28,797 nt of DNA. It comes from a candidate division WOR-3 bacterium. GTDB taxonomy: Bacteria > Hydrothermota > UBA3072 > B12-G15. The notes below the pieces were generated by a model. It saw only the letters and a program-made list of their open reading frames with translations, was not told where the DNA came from and made no database searches. The stretch lies in assembly GCA_965649055.1 (NCBI GenBank), contig CBFGJG010000024.1:1-28797 (forward strand). Direction: 5' to 3'. Position numbers and translations under genes: made by a program. Shown one piece after another: positions 9,833-18,607 of this stretch (the stretch's first letter is position 1; each line of letters begins with the position of its first letter).

Positions 9833-10183
9833 TTATCCTTCCTTTTTCTCTTTGAATTTTTTCTCTTTCATTGATACATTACCATCAAGTATCACTCCTT
9901 CTTCAACTATCAGCTTTTTGCAGGATAATTCACCTTCAAGTATTGTCCCTTTCAGTAGTTCAGCAAGCTCAGATACTTCAAATGTTCCTTCACATTTTCC
10001 AGATGATGAGAAAGAATGACATTTCACTTTACCTTTAATATGCCCATTGTTTCCTATAATAACTTTTTCAGTGACATATATCTCACCATCTACAAATCCA
10101 TCAATCCTCACAGAACCATTAAAACTTATCTTACCTTCAATCTTTGAACCTTCTGTTATTAGACTCATCAAACCTTCTTTCAT
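9833..10183 (-). CDS. Bactofilin (polymer-forming cytoskeletal protein, CcmA family)
   Basis: Beta-helix repeats 'SLITEGSKIEGKISFNGSVRIDGFVDGEI...LIVEEGVILDGNVSM'. Confidence 0.9.
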   Translation of the reverse strand: MKEGLMSLITEGSKIEGKISFNGSVRIDGFVDGEIYVTEKVIIGNNGHIKGKVKCHSFSSSGKCEGTFEVSELAELLKGTILEGELSCKKLIVEEGVILDGNVSMKEKKFKEKKEG

Positions 10184-10932
10184 TATTCTCCTCCTTTTGG
10201 TAAATAATTTAACGGGTCAACATTTTTTCCTTGGAATATTATTTCAAAATGGAGATGAGCAGATGAACTCTTACCTGTGTTTCCAACATATGCAACAATA
10301 TTTCCTTTTTTTATTGTATCTCCAACCTTCACAAGGTTTTCCTTATTATGGCATAAAACAACTTCAAAACCAAAATCATTACTTATTTTTAACATATTCC
10401 CAAAATAAGAATCGAATTTGGATTCTTTAACAACACCATCAATTGGCGAAAGGATTGGTGTTCCTTCTTTTGCTGAAATATCAATACCTAAATGATTATC
10501 CTGGAATTTCCTGCTTATCCAGCCCGTAACAGGATATATGTCAGGAATATATCTATTCATATCTTCATCATTCTCTTTCTGTTCTTTCCTCAAAGTATCT
10601 TTATTAGCGGTTTCTTTATTCGGATTGAATTGTGGCAATTTCTCTATTTCAAGTGCATAGTAAAGTTTTTTATAAATCCTGTCTATGTTGTTTAATCTTT
10701 TCTTTATCTCTTCAACCTTTTCAACCTCTGCCTTCAATTTCTTATTTTCATTCTCAAGTATATTTGCCCTTAAAGCCATAATATAAACCCTTCCATAAAT
10801 AGCTATAAGATAAGCTATTCCTAAAATTATAACACCTAAAAGTATACCGAGCAATTTAAGCAACCTATACGATAAAGATATATTTATAACTTTCCCATTC
10901 TCAGGGATTATGTTTACTATAAGTTTCTTCAA
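10183..10932 (-). CDS. M23 family peptidoglycan endopeptidase with N-terminal TM helix and coiled coil
   Basis: 'HLGIDI' (HxxxD), 'VGNTGKSSSAHLHFEI' (HxH), 'NVDPLNYL'. Confidence 0.92.
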   Translation of the reverse strand: MKKLIVNIIPENGKVINISLSYRLLKLLGILLGVIILGIAYLIAIYGRVYIMALRANILENENKKLKAEVEKVEEIKKRLNNIDRIYKKLYYALEIEKLPQFNPNKETANKDTLRKEQKENDEDMNRYIPDIYPVTGWISRKFQDNHLGIDISAKEGTPILSPIDGVVKESKFDSYFGNMLKISNDFGFEVVLCHNKENLVKVGDTIKKGNIVAYVGNTGKSSSAHLHFEIIFQGKNVDPLNYLPKGGE

Positions 10933-11915
10933 TCAAGTTTCTCCTGAGAAAATGCTACAACTAAATCAATGGTCGCCTGAACATCACTATAATCTGCAAG
11001 TTCGGATGGTGAATGAATATATCTTGTTGGGACGGAAAGGACACCGCTTGGAACACCTTCTTTCGTAAGCTGAATAACAGCCGCATCTGTTGTTCCCATC
11101 AGAAGTATTTCAAGCTGATAAGGTATTTTCTTTTTTTCTGCAAGTTCTACAAGTTTTTCCCTTACATATCTTGAAGATATCATACCATAATCTTTCACCT
11201 TTATACAGGTTCCTTTCCCAAGCTCCATTGGTATCTTTGGTGATTCCGGGATATCGCCTGTTCCGGTTACATCAATAGCGATTGCATAATCAGGTTCAAT
11301 CCCGTAAGAAGAAGTCCTTGCACCTCTTAAACCGAGTTCTTCCTGAACAGTGAATACAAAATAAAGGTCATTTATAGAATCTTTAATTTTCTTTAATGCC
11401 TCTACAAGAACAACACATCCTATTCTGTCATCAAGTGCTTTTGAGATAAATCTTTTCCCGAGGTCATCAAACCCTCTATAGAACACACCAACTTCACCTA
11501 TTTTTACATTCTTCTCTGCATCTTTCTTATCTCTCATACCAATATCAATAAAGAGTTTATCAATACCTGAAACTTCTTTAAAATCTTTCCTTGGTTCTTC
11601 ACCTATAACACCGATAATTCCATTAGAAAAAACAACCCGCTGGTTTAGAAGATTTGTGGGGAAAAGTCCACCAACATTTGTAAACCTCAGGAAACCTTTC
11701 TCATCTATATGTGTTACCATAAGACCAATCTCATCCATATGTGCAGCAAACATTATCTTTTTACCTTTTCCTTTCTTCCTTACGATTAAATTACCAAGTT
11801 TATCAACCTTGTAATCTCCATAATCCTTGATTTCCTGAATAATTAAATTCCTTATTTCTTCTTCATTGCCTGATGGACCAAATGCCTCTGTGAACCTCTT
11901 AATAATATCTTTCAT
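10929..11915 (-). CDS. M42 (TET) aminopeptidase, paralog 3
   Basis: GPSGNE, AHMDEIG, KALDDR, QEELGLRGA, IDVT, RYIHS. Confidence 0.93.
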   Translation of the reverse strand: MKDIIKRFTEAFGPSGNEEEIRNLIIQEIKDYGDYKVDKLGNLIVRKKGKGKKIMFAAHMDEIGLMVTHIDEKGFLRFTNVGGLFPTNLLNQRVVFSNGIIGVIGEEPRKDFKEVSGIDKLFIDIGMRDKKDAEKNVKIGEVGVFYRGFDDLGKRFISKALDDRIGCVVLVEALKKIKDSINDLYFVFTVQEELGLRGARTSSYGIEPDYAIAIDVTGTGDIPESPKIPMELGKGTCIKVKDYGMISSRYVREKLVELAEKKKIPYQLEILLMGTTDAAVIQLTKEGVPSGVLSVPTRYIHSPSELADYSDVQATIDLVVAFSQEKLD

Positions 11916-12925
11916 ATTACCTCCTGAATATTTGCAATTGCTTCTTCAACAAGTTTCAATGTGTTTTTGTAGTCTCTTGTTAACATAATCCCCGCCGGAG
12001 AATGTATATATCTTATTGGGACTGCAACAACCATACTTGGGACTCCAGTTTTTGAAATATGTATTTTACCTGCATCTGTTGAACCAATGTTTGGTCTTTT
12101 GAACTGATAAGGTATCTTATTCTTCTCTGAAACTTTTACAAGGAAATCTACAAGCCTTTTTTCAACTATAAGACTTCTATCTAATAAAGTTATAACAGGT
12201 CCAGCATTTATTTTAGGATATTTAGGAATATCCTTGTCTGATGGGAAATCACCTGCGCCGGTTCCCTCAATAACAATACATATATCAGGAAAGATTTTAT
12301 AACCTGCAACCTTCGCACCTCTTAAACCTACCTCTTCCTGCACTGTGAATGCAAGTATTGTATCAAAAGGAAAATCATTTCTTGAAATATCCATCAGGAT
12401 TGAACAACCTGCCCTGTCATCAAAAGCCTTACCTATGCATATTCCATTTTTTTCCTGGAATGAAGTATCAAACGCAATATAATCACCCAATGATATTTTA
12501 CCAGATGCTTCCTCTTTAGAATTAAAACCCGCATCTATTCTTAAAGTGTCAAATTTTGGAATAACTTTTTCTTCCTCAACTGTATTAAGATGTGTTGCTT
12601 TTATACCTATTACACCGGGAATCTTATTCTTGCCTATCAAAACCCTTTTTGCAAGGCAACTTAACGGGTCTATACCACCAACTGGTTTAAATCTTATCTC
12701 ACCAGATGTGTCAATTCCGGTTACCATAAAACCAACTTCATCCATATGTGCTGCAAGCATTATTTTTTTATTTTTGTTCTTACCTGATTTGAATGCATAT
12801 AAATTACCAATACTATCAACTTCAAATTTATCAACATTATTTCTAATTTTATCAATGATGTATTTTCTCACATCACTTTCATTACCAGCAACACCATTTA
12901 TATTTGATAGTTCATTTATGAACAT
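11912..12925 (-). CDS. M42 (TET) aminopeptidase, paralog 2
   Basis: GVAGNE, AHMDEVG, KAFDDR, QEEVGLRGA, IEGT, RYIHS. Confidence 0.93.
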   Translation of the reverse strand: MFINELSNINGVAGNESDVRKYIIDKIRNNVDKFEVDSIGNLYAFKSGKNKNKKIMLAAHMDEVGFMVTGIDTSGEIRFKPVGGIDPLSCLAKRVLIGKNKIPGVIGIKATHLNTVEEEKVIPKFDTLRIDAGFNSKEEASGKISLGDYIAFDTSFQEKNGICIGKAFDDRAGCSILMDISRNDFPFDTILAFTVQEEVGLRGAKVAGYKIFPDICIVIEGTGAGDFPSDKDIPKYPKINAGPVITLLDRSLIVEKRLVDFLVKVSEKNKIPYQFKRPNIGSTDAGKIHISKTGVPSMVVAVPIRYIHSPAGIMLTRDYKNTLKLVEEAIANIQEVI

Positions 12926-13955
12926 CTATCACCTCCAGATTTATACCTTCAAAATCCCGTAAGAAGAAGTATATAAGCCTTTCAGTCCTTTTAAGGTCGT
13001 TAATGTTTAAAACTTCAACAGGTGTGTGCATATATCTTATAGGTATAGAAAGAAGCGCTGTCGGGATACCTTCCTGAACAACCTGTATTGTGGAAGCATC
13101 AGTTCCTGTAAGACCTGGAACAGGTTCTATAATATATGGAATTTCATACTTTTTCGCAATCTCTGTAAAATCTTTATATAGTTGTGGATGTATATTTGGC
13201 CCTGTTGCAATACATGGGCCTTTACCCCATTGATATGCTTTATCTTCTCCAACACCGAAAGAAGTTGCATGGGTTACATCTATCACGATTGCAAAATCAG
13301 GTTTGATCTTATATGTTGAAGTAACAGCACCAAGTGATGTTGTCTCTTCCTGAGAAGTAAAGACACCATATATATCCCATTTTAATTCTTCAGGGTTCAT
13401 ATTCAAAAAGAGTGAACATATTATTGCACAGGACGCCCTGTTATCAAGGGCTTTTCCAGTGACAAGATCACCATTTAATGATGTAAATTTTACATCAATA
13501 TATATTGGGTCGCCTATATTTACTAATTTTCTAACATCTTTCTCGGGAAGCCCAACATCAATGAACAGATCATCTATTGAAGGAACTTTTTGTTCTTTCC
13601 CACGAAGGTAATGCGGTGGTATTGCACCTACAAGGCCATTTAATCTTTCTTTTCCAAGAATAACTACTTTTTGACCTATAAAAACCCTGTTATCCCATCC
13701 ACCAAGTGTGTTAAATTTAATATATGGTCCATCGAATGCAGTAACTATCATTCCAAGTTCATCAAGATGAGCGGTTATCATTGCAGTCCCTTTTTTCTTT
13801 CCTTTCGCCTTCTTAACTGCAATCACATTTCCCATTCTATCAATATTAATCTCATCTGTTCTATCCTTCAATATTTCACAAATTACATTTCCTGCATTTT
13901 CTTCAAAACCGGATGGACCATATGCATTTGATAATTTCTCAAGAATATCTTTCAT
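12912..13955 (-). CDS. M42 (TET) aminopeptidase, paralog 1
   Basis: GPSGFE, AHLDELG, KALDNR, QEETTSLGA, IDVT, RYMHT. Confidence 0.93.
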   Translation of the reverse strand: MKDILEKLSNAYGPSGFEENAGNVICEILKDRTDEINIDRMGNVIAVKKAKGKKKGTAMITAHLDELGMIVTAFDGPYIKFNTLGGWDNRVFIGQKVVILGKERLNGLVGAIPPHYLRGKEQKVPSIDDLFIDVGLPEKDVRKLVNIGDPIYIDVKFTSLNGDLVTGKALDNRASCAIICSLFLNMNPEELKWDIYGVFTSQEETTSLGAVTSTYKIKPDFAIVIDVTHATSFGVGEDKAYQWGKGPCIATGPNIHPQLYKDFTEIAKKYEIPYIIEPVPGLTGTDASTIQVVQEGIPTALLSIPIRYMHTPVEVLNINDLKRTERLIYFFLRDFEGINLEVIDVHK

Positions 13956-14740
13956 TTCTCCTCCATTATTTTTTTAACAATCCTCTCAAGGTCATCAGCT
14001 GAATAAAAATAAATCTCAATTTTACCTTTTTTCTTTGAAAAACTTATACTTACCTTTGTTCCCAGATATTCAAATAAATTCTCCTCGTACTCAATAATCT
14101 CAGGCGGTATATTCCTTGTTTTCTTCTCAACATTCCTTACAGGTTCCTTTTTCTTTATAATATTATCAAGCTCCTTTAAAATCTTATTTTCATCTTTCAT
14201 TGAAAGAAGCGATCTTGCATGCCCTTCCGTTATTAATTTATTTCTTAATGCATCCTGAACCTTTTCCGGAAGATTTAAAAGTCTCAATTTATTCGTAATT
14301 GTGCTCCTGTTCTTCCCTACCCTCTCTGCTATCTCTTCCTGGGATAAACCAAATTCTTTAATCAGTTTTTTATAAGCCAGTGCCTCATCTATTGGATTTA
14401 AATCTTCACGCTGAATATTCTCAATGATTGCAATCTCAACAACTTCCCTGTCAGATAATTCCTTAATTATAGCAGGAATATCATTTAATCCAGCCCTCTT
14501 TGCTGCTTCGAATCTTCTGTGTCCATATACGAGTTCAAAATTATCCCCATTTTTCCTCACAAGAACAGGCTGTAAAACACCTTTCTCCTTTATTGATGCA
14601 ACAAGTTCCTTAAGTGATTCCTCATCTATTTTTGTTCTGGGTTGTAGTGGACTATGAATTATTTTATTTAAAGGGATTAAGGTCTCATTACCCTGTGGTA
14701 TTAGAGCCTCTAAACCCCTGCCAAGAACCTTTCTGCCCAT
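13952..14740 (-). CDS. parB: Chromosome partitioning protein ParB/Spo0J
   Basis: Starts at 'MGRKVLGRGLEALIP' (ATG 14740; the longer ORF call runs inside parA). 'QPR', 'GVLQPVLVR', 'GHRR', 'ENIQREDL', HTH 'SQEEIAERVGKNRSTITN'. Confidence 0.95.
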   Translation of the reverse strand: MGRKVLGRGLEALIPQGNETLIPLNKIIHSPLQPRTKIDEESLKELVASIKEKGVLQPVLVRKNGDNFELVYGHRRFEAAKRAGLNDIPAIIKELSDREVVEIAIIENIQREDLNPIDEALAYKKLIKEFGLSQEEIAERVGKNRSTITNKLRLLNLPEKVQDALRNKLITEGHARSLLSMKDENKILKELDNIIKKKEPVRNVEKKTRNIPPEIIEYEENLFEYLGTKVSISFSKKKGKIEIYFYSADDLERIVKKIMEEK

Positions 14741-15491
14741 TTCTTTCAAGAACTTCCTCTGCAAGTAATTTGTATGCCTCGGCACCTTTTGAATTAATAT
14801 CGTATTCGAATATAGTAAGACCAAAACTTGGTGCCTCTGCAAGTTTTACATTCCTTGGAATTATTGATTGATAAACCTTTTCACCAAAATATTTTTTTAC
14901 CTCTTCCACGACCTGCATTGAAAGGTTTAATCTTGAATCATACATTGTAATTAAAACACCTTCAATCGTAAGCCTTGGATTGAATGTTGATTGAATCTTT
15001 CTTATTGTATTTAACAACTTTCCTAAACCTTCAAGTGCGTAGAACTCGCTCTGTATAGGAATGATTAAAGAATCTGCTGAAACTATAGAGTTTAATGTAA
15101 GTAGCCCGAGGGAAGGTGGAGAATCAACAAATATATAATCAAATTTTTTCTTTAAAGGCATTAAAATCCTTTTAAGCCTTGTTTCCCTGTTTTTCTCGTC
15201 AACAAGTTCAACCTCAGCACCTACAAGTGAGAGTTCGCTCGGAAGGATAGACAGTTTTTTAAGTCTTGTCTCCCTAATGGCTGATTCAAGCGAGAGACCT
15301 TTCACAAGAACATCATAAACAGAAGGATAAACCCTGCTAAAACCAAAACCACTCGTGAGATTTGCCTGTGGGTCCATATCAACAACAAGGACCTCAAATC
15401 CCATCGATGAAATAGCATAAGAAAGATTACAAACAGTTGTAGTCTTTCCTACACCACCTTTTTGATTTGCTACTGCTATAATTTTACCCAT
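14688..15491 (-). CDS. parA: Chromosome partitioning ATPase ParA/Soj
   Basis: Deviant Walker A 'NQKGGVGKTTT', 'DMDPQAN', 'DSPPSLG', 'IPRNVKLAEAPSFG'. Confidence 0.96.
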   Translation of the reverse strand: MGKIIAVANQKGGVGKTTTVCNLSYAISSMGFEVLVVDMDPQANLTSGFGFSRVYPSVYDVLVKGLSLESAIRETRLKKLSILPSELSLVGAEVELVDEKNRETRLKRILMPLKKKFDYIFVDSPPSLGLLTLNSIVSADSLIIPIQSEFYALEGLGKLLNTIRKIQSTFNPRLTIEGVLITMYDSRLNLSMQVVEEVKKYFGEKVYQSIIPRNVKLAEAPSFGLTIFEYDINSKGAEAYKLLAEEVLERNGQKGSWQGFRGSNTTG

Positions 15492-15499
15492 TTTGAAGA

Positions 15500-15527
15500 T
15501 TTATAATAGAAATTAATTAAAAGTCAA
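15500..15527 (-). promoter_or_regulatory. Putative sigma70 promoter of the parA operon (probably leaderless)
   Basis: Minus strand TTGACT (15527-15522), 16 bp, TATAAA (15505-15500), 8 nt, ATG. No SD sequence. Confidence 0.6.
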
Positions 15528-15553
15528 CTATTTTTAATTAAATTATTTAAATT

Positions 15554-16129
15554 TCAATAATTTTCTATCAATTCTTCAAAATATGCCATTGGATGTGCGC
15601 ACGCAGGACATTTCTCAGGTGGTTCTTTACCTTCATGAATATACCCGCAATTCCTGCATTTCCACTTTATTGTCTTATCTCTCTTAAACACATTTTTATC
15701 CTTTACCATCTTCAAGAAGTAACGGTATCTTTTTTCATGCTGTTTTTCAGCCACTGATACTGCCTTAAAAACACTACTTATCTCTTCAAAACCTTCCTCA
15801 CTAGCAATCTTTGCAAATTCAGGGTACATCTTTGACCATTCATAATTTTCCCCATTTGCTGCCTCTTCAAGGTTCTGAGCGGTTGTTCCTATAATTCCTG
15901 CCGGGAATGAAGCTGTAATTTCAACATCACCACCTTCAAGAAACTTAAAGAACCTTTTCGCATGCTCTTTTTCATTCTCAGCAGTCTCCAAGAATATTCC
16001 GGAAATCTGTTCAAAACCTTCTTTTTTTGCGACTGATGCAAAATATGTGTATCTATTCCTTGCTTGTGATTCACCTGCAAATGCTATCAGTAAATTCTTT
16101 TCTGTTTTTGTTCCTTTCAAACTTTTCAT
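15554..16129 (-). CDS. rbr: Rubrerythrin
   Basis: 'AFAGESQARNRY', diiron ExxH motifs (EKEHA, EKQHE), C-terminal rubredoxin-like CRNC...CPAC. Confidence 0.96.
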   Translation of the reverse strand: MKSLKGTKTEKNLLIAFAGESQARNRYTYFASVAKKEGFEQISGIFLETAENEKEHAKRFFKFLEGGDVEITASFPAGIIGTTAQNLEEAANGENYEWSKMYPEFAKIASEEGFEEISSVFKAVSVAEKQHEKRYRYFLKMVKDKNVFKRDKTIKWKCRNCGYIHEGKEPPEKCPACAHPMAYFEELIENY

Positions 16130-16147
16130 AATACCTCCCTTTCTGGA

Positions 16148-16175
16148 AATATAGAAGATTAAAAAAAATTGTCAA
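16148..16175 (-). promoter_or_regulatory. Sigma70 promoter of rbr
   Basis: Minus strand TTGACA (16175-16170), 16 bp, TATATT (16153-16148), then GGAGG RBS. Confidence 0.7.
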
Positions 16176-16204
16176 TAAGGAATTTTTTCAAATGATATAT
16201 CTAT

Positions 16205-16516
16205 TTACTCTGTTAATAATTTTGTTATTCCAGCGATTACAAAATAAACTATTATTAACGTGATGAACGGATAATTTTCTAAAGTTATCTTTGTAATTAA
16301 ATGTATAAAATGTAAAAAATCTAAATTAACCTGAAATTTTGTGATTTTGAGAACGAATATTGATAAAGCAAAAGTCATTGGAATTACATAATAAAAAAAG
16401 AAATTTAATATATTAAGCCTTCTTCTTTGGTATAATAAACTGTATTTCCATAATTTGATAATATCCTTTGATGGTTTTTCTAATATAGATTTTTTTAATA
16501 ATTCTTCAAACTCCAT
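16205..16516 (-). CDS. Small membrane protein, probable anti-sigma factor
   Basis: Directly downstream of the ECF sigma gene, with a GGGAG RBS. Short charged N-terminus ('LEKPS') followed by two hydrophobic segments. Confidence 0.55.
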   Translation of the reverse strand: MEFEELLKKSILEKPSKDIIKLWKYSLLYQRRRLNILNFFFYYVIPMTFALSIFVLKITKFQVNLDFLHFIHLITKITLENYPFITLIIVYFVIAGITKLLTE

Positions 16517-17038
16517 TTTTTCTCCCTTCTTAAGAAGTTTTTTTTCAATTTCTCTTTTCCCCTGTGAATATAATTTTTTTACATCTTATAGATTCACTCC
16601 CATAACATTCGCTATCTCATTGTAATCCATATCCTCAAAATAATGAAGAGTTATTGCAACCCTTTGATTTTCTGGAAGTTTTTCAATTTCTTTCTTTAAT
16701 ATTCTCTCTTTTTCCTTAGCATCAATATCATTAATAAGATCTTCTTCTACCTTTATATCTTCCGGAATTTCTATAAACTCTATTTTTTCTTTTCTTTTGA
16801 ATTCAAGAGCGCTATTATATGCTATACTATAAACCCATGTTGATAATTTACTCTCTCCTTTAAAATAATCTATTTTCTGCCATATCTTATTCATAACAAT
16901 CATTGTAACATCCTCTGAATAATGATGATCATTTAAAACCCTGTAAACAATAGTATATATCCTGTTTATATAAATCATAAAAAATTTTTCAAATTCATTT
17001 ATATCCTTTCTCTTTAGTTTTTCAATATCTATTTCCAT
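16495..17038 (-). pseudogene. ECF (sigma70 group 4) sigma factor disrupted in region 4.2
   Basis: Region 2 'SEDVT...FKGESKLSTWVYSIAYN' and region 4 'LPENQRVAITLHYFEDMDYNEIANVMGVNL'. A TAA at 16588-16586 follows, and the expected continuation 'VKNYIHRGKEKLKK' lies in a shifted frame after an A7 run (16580-16574). Confidence 0.75.
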
Positions 17039-17048
17039 TTATATTTTT

Positions 17049-17074
17049 GACGAAATTTAAGTATATTTGTTTCA
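17049..17074 (-). promoter_or_regulatory. ECF-type (SigW/SigM-like) autoregulatory promoter
   Basis: Minus strand TGAAAC (17074-17069), 16 bp, CGTC (17052-17049), 10 nt before the sigma ATG. Confidence 0.75.
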
Positions 17075-17082
17075 AATTTTTC

Positions 17083-17110
17083 TTGACTAAAAAATTTTTT
17101 ATGTAAGAAT
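17083..17110 (+). promoter_or_regulatory. Putative sigma70 promoter of the gcv operon
   Basis: TTGACT (17083-17088), 16 bp, AAGAAT with upstream TG. AGGAG RBS before ATG 17129. Confidence 0.55.
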
Positions 17111-17128
17111 CTATAAAAAGGAGATGAA

Positions 17129-18217
17129 ATGTTAAAAAGGACACCTTTTTATAATAAACATAAGGAACTCGGTGCAAAGATTGTTCCTTTTGCAGGTTTT
17201 GAGATGCCTGTTTATTTCGGTTCTATTGTTGAAGAGGTGCTTGCTGTTAGAAGAAATGTTGGTATATTTGATGTATCGCATATGGGAGAGATTGAGATAA
17301 CGGGAAAAGATAGGATTAAATTTGCAGATTATATAACAACGAATAATGTTGCTTCTCTTGGTGAATTCCAGGTTCAGTATTCAACCATGTTATATCCTGA
17401 TGGTGGGATTGTTGACGACTTGCTTGTTTATAACCTTCCTGATAAGATACTTCTCGTTGTGAATGCATCAAATACGGATAAGGATTATAACTGGATAATT
17501 GAAAATAAGAAATGGGATGTTGAGATTACAAATAAAAGCGACGATATTTTCCAGCTTGCAATTCAGGGAATAAAATCAGAAGAAATTTTAAGCAAGATTG
17601 TTGATATTAATTTAAAAGATATGAAATATTACTGGTCCGGTTATTCTAATGTTTCAGGAAAAAGGATGCTTATTTCAAGGACAGGATATACAGGTGAAGA
17701 TGGGTTTGAAATATATGGTGATAGAGATTATGGCGAAATGGTCTGGGATATAATTTTCGAGATTGGAAAGGATTATTCTCTAAAACCTATAGGGCTTGGC
17801 GCAAGGGATACATTAAGGCTTGAGATGAAATATTGTCTTTACGGGAATGATATTGATAATACAACAAATCCACTTGAAGCAGGTCTTGGATGGGTTGTGA
17901 AATTTGACAAGGACTTTATTGGTAAAGATGCGCTTATCAGGGTGAAAGAAAAAGGTATAACAAGGAAACTTGTAGCAATTGAACTTGAAGGCAAGATGAT
18001 TGCAAGAAAAGGGTATAAAATATTCTTCGAAGATAATGAAATAGGTTTTATAACAAGCGGTAACTGGTCACCATCTATAGAGAAATCAATAGCACTTGGT
18101 TATGTAAAGACTGAATTTTCTGAAATTGGTAAGAATATTGATATTGAGATAAAAGATACAAAGGTAAAAGGACAGATAGTAAAACCACCTTTTTATAAAA
18201 AAGGAACACACAAATAG
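17129..18217 (+). CDS. gcvT: Glycine cleavage system T protein (aminomethyltransferase)
   Basis: 'FAGFEMPV', 'FDVSHMGEI', 'SRTGYTGEDGFEI', 'GLGARDTLRLE'. Confidence 0.97.
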   Translation: MLKRTPFYNKHKELGAKIVPFAGFEMPVYFGSIVEEVLAVRRNVGIFDVSHMGEIEITGKDRIKFADYITTNNVASLGEFQVQYSTMLYPDGGIVDDLLVYNLPDKILLVVNASNTDKDYNWIIENKKWDVEITNKSDDIFQLAIQGIKSEEILSKIVDINLKDMKYYWSGYSNVSGKRMLISRTGYTGEDGFEIYGDRDYGEMVWDIIFEIGKDYSLKPIGLGARDTLRLEMKYCLYGNDIDNTTNPLEAGLGWVVKFDKDFIGKDALIRVKEKGITRKLVAIELEGKMIARKGYKIFFEDNEIGFITSGNWSPSIEKSIALGYVKTEFSEIGKNIDIEIKDTKVKGQIVKPPFYKKGTHK

Positions 18218-18225
18218 GAGGAAAA

Positions 18226-18606
18226 ATGAATATTCCGGATAATTTAAGATATTCAAAGGATCATGAGTGGGCAAAGTTAGAAGGTGATGTTGTTATTGAA
18301 GGAATCACAGATTATGCACAGCAGGAACTTGCCGATATTATTTATGTTAATCTACCACAGGTTGGTAGGGAAGTCAAACAAGGTGAAGCAATTGGTTCAA
18401 TTGATGCTGTAAAGACTGTTGCTGATATCTATGCAATTGTGAGTGGAACTGTTGTGGAAGTGAATAATGAACTTAAAGAACATCCTGATTATGTTAATAA
18501 AGAACCTTATGGGAAAGGGTGGATGATAAAGATAAAACCTTCAAACCCTTCGGAATACAGTTCCTTACTTGATTCTGAAGGATATAAAAAATTGTTTGTA
18601 GGGTAA
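18226..18606 (+). CDS. gcvH: Glycine cleavage system H protein
   Basis: 'YSKDHEW', 'GITDYAQ', lipoyl-Lys 'DAVKTVADIY', 'VNKEPYGKGWMIKI'. Confidence 0.96.
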   Translation: MNIPDNLRYSKDHEWAKLEGDVVIEGITDYAQQELADIIYVNLPQVGREVKQGEAIGSIDAVKTVADIYAIVSGTVVEVNNELKEHPDYVNKEPYGKGWMIKIKPSNPSEYSSLLDSEGYKKLFVG

Positions 18607-18607
18607 A

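Noticed and set aside
14741..14842. 34-aa N-terminal extension of ParB in the ORF track
   Set aside because: It lies inside parA, and the conserved LGRGL N-terminal peptide begins at ATG 14740.
13952..15553. parS site near parAB
   Set aside because: No TGTTTCACGTGAAACA-like palindrome was found by eye. A PWM scan would be needed to exclude degenerate sites.
16586..16588. Stop-codon recoding or an alternative genetic code as the cause of the sigma TAA
   Set aside because: TAA terminates many genes in this window normally, and a frameshift is also needed to restore the consensus C-terminus.
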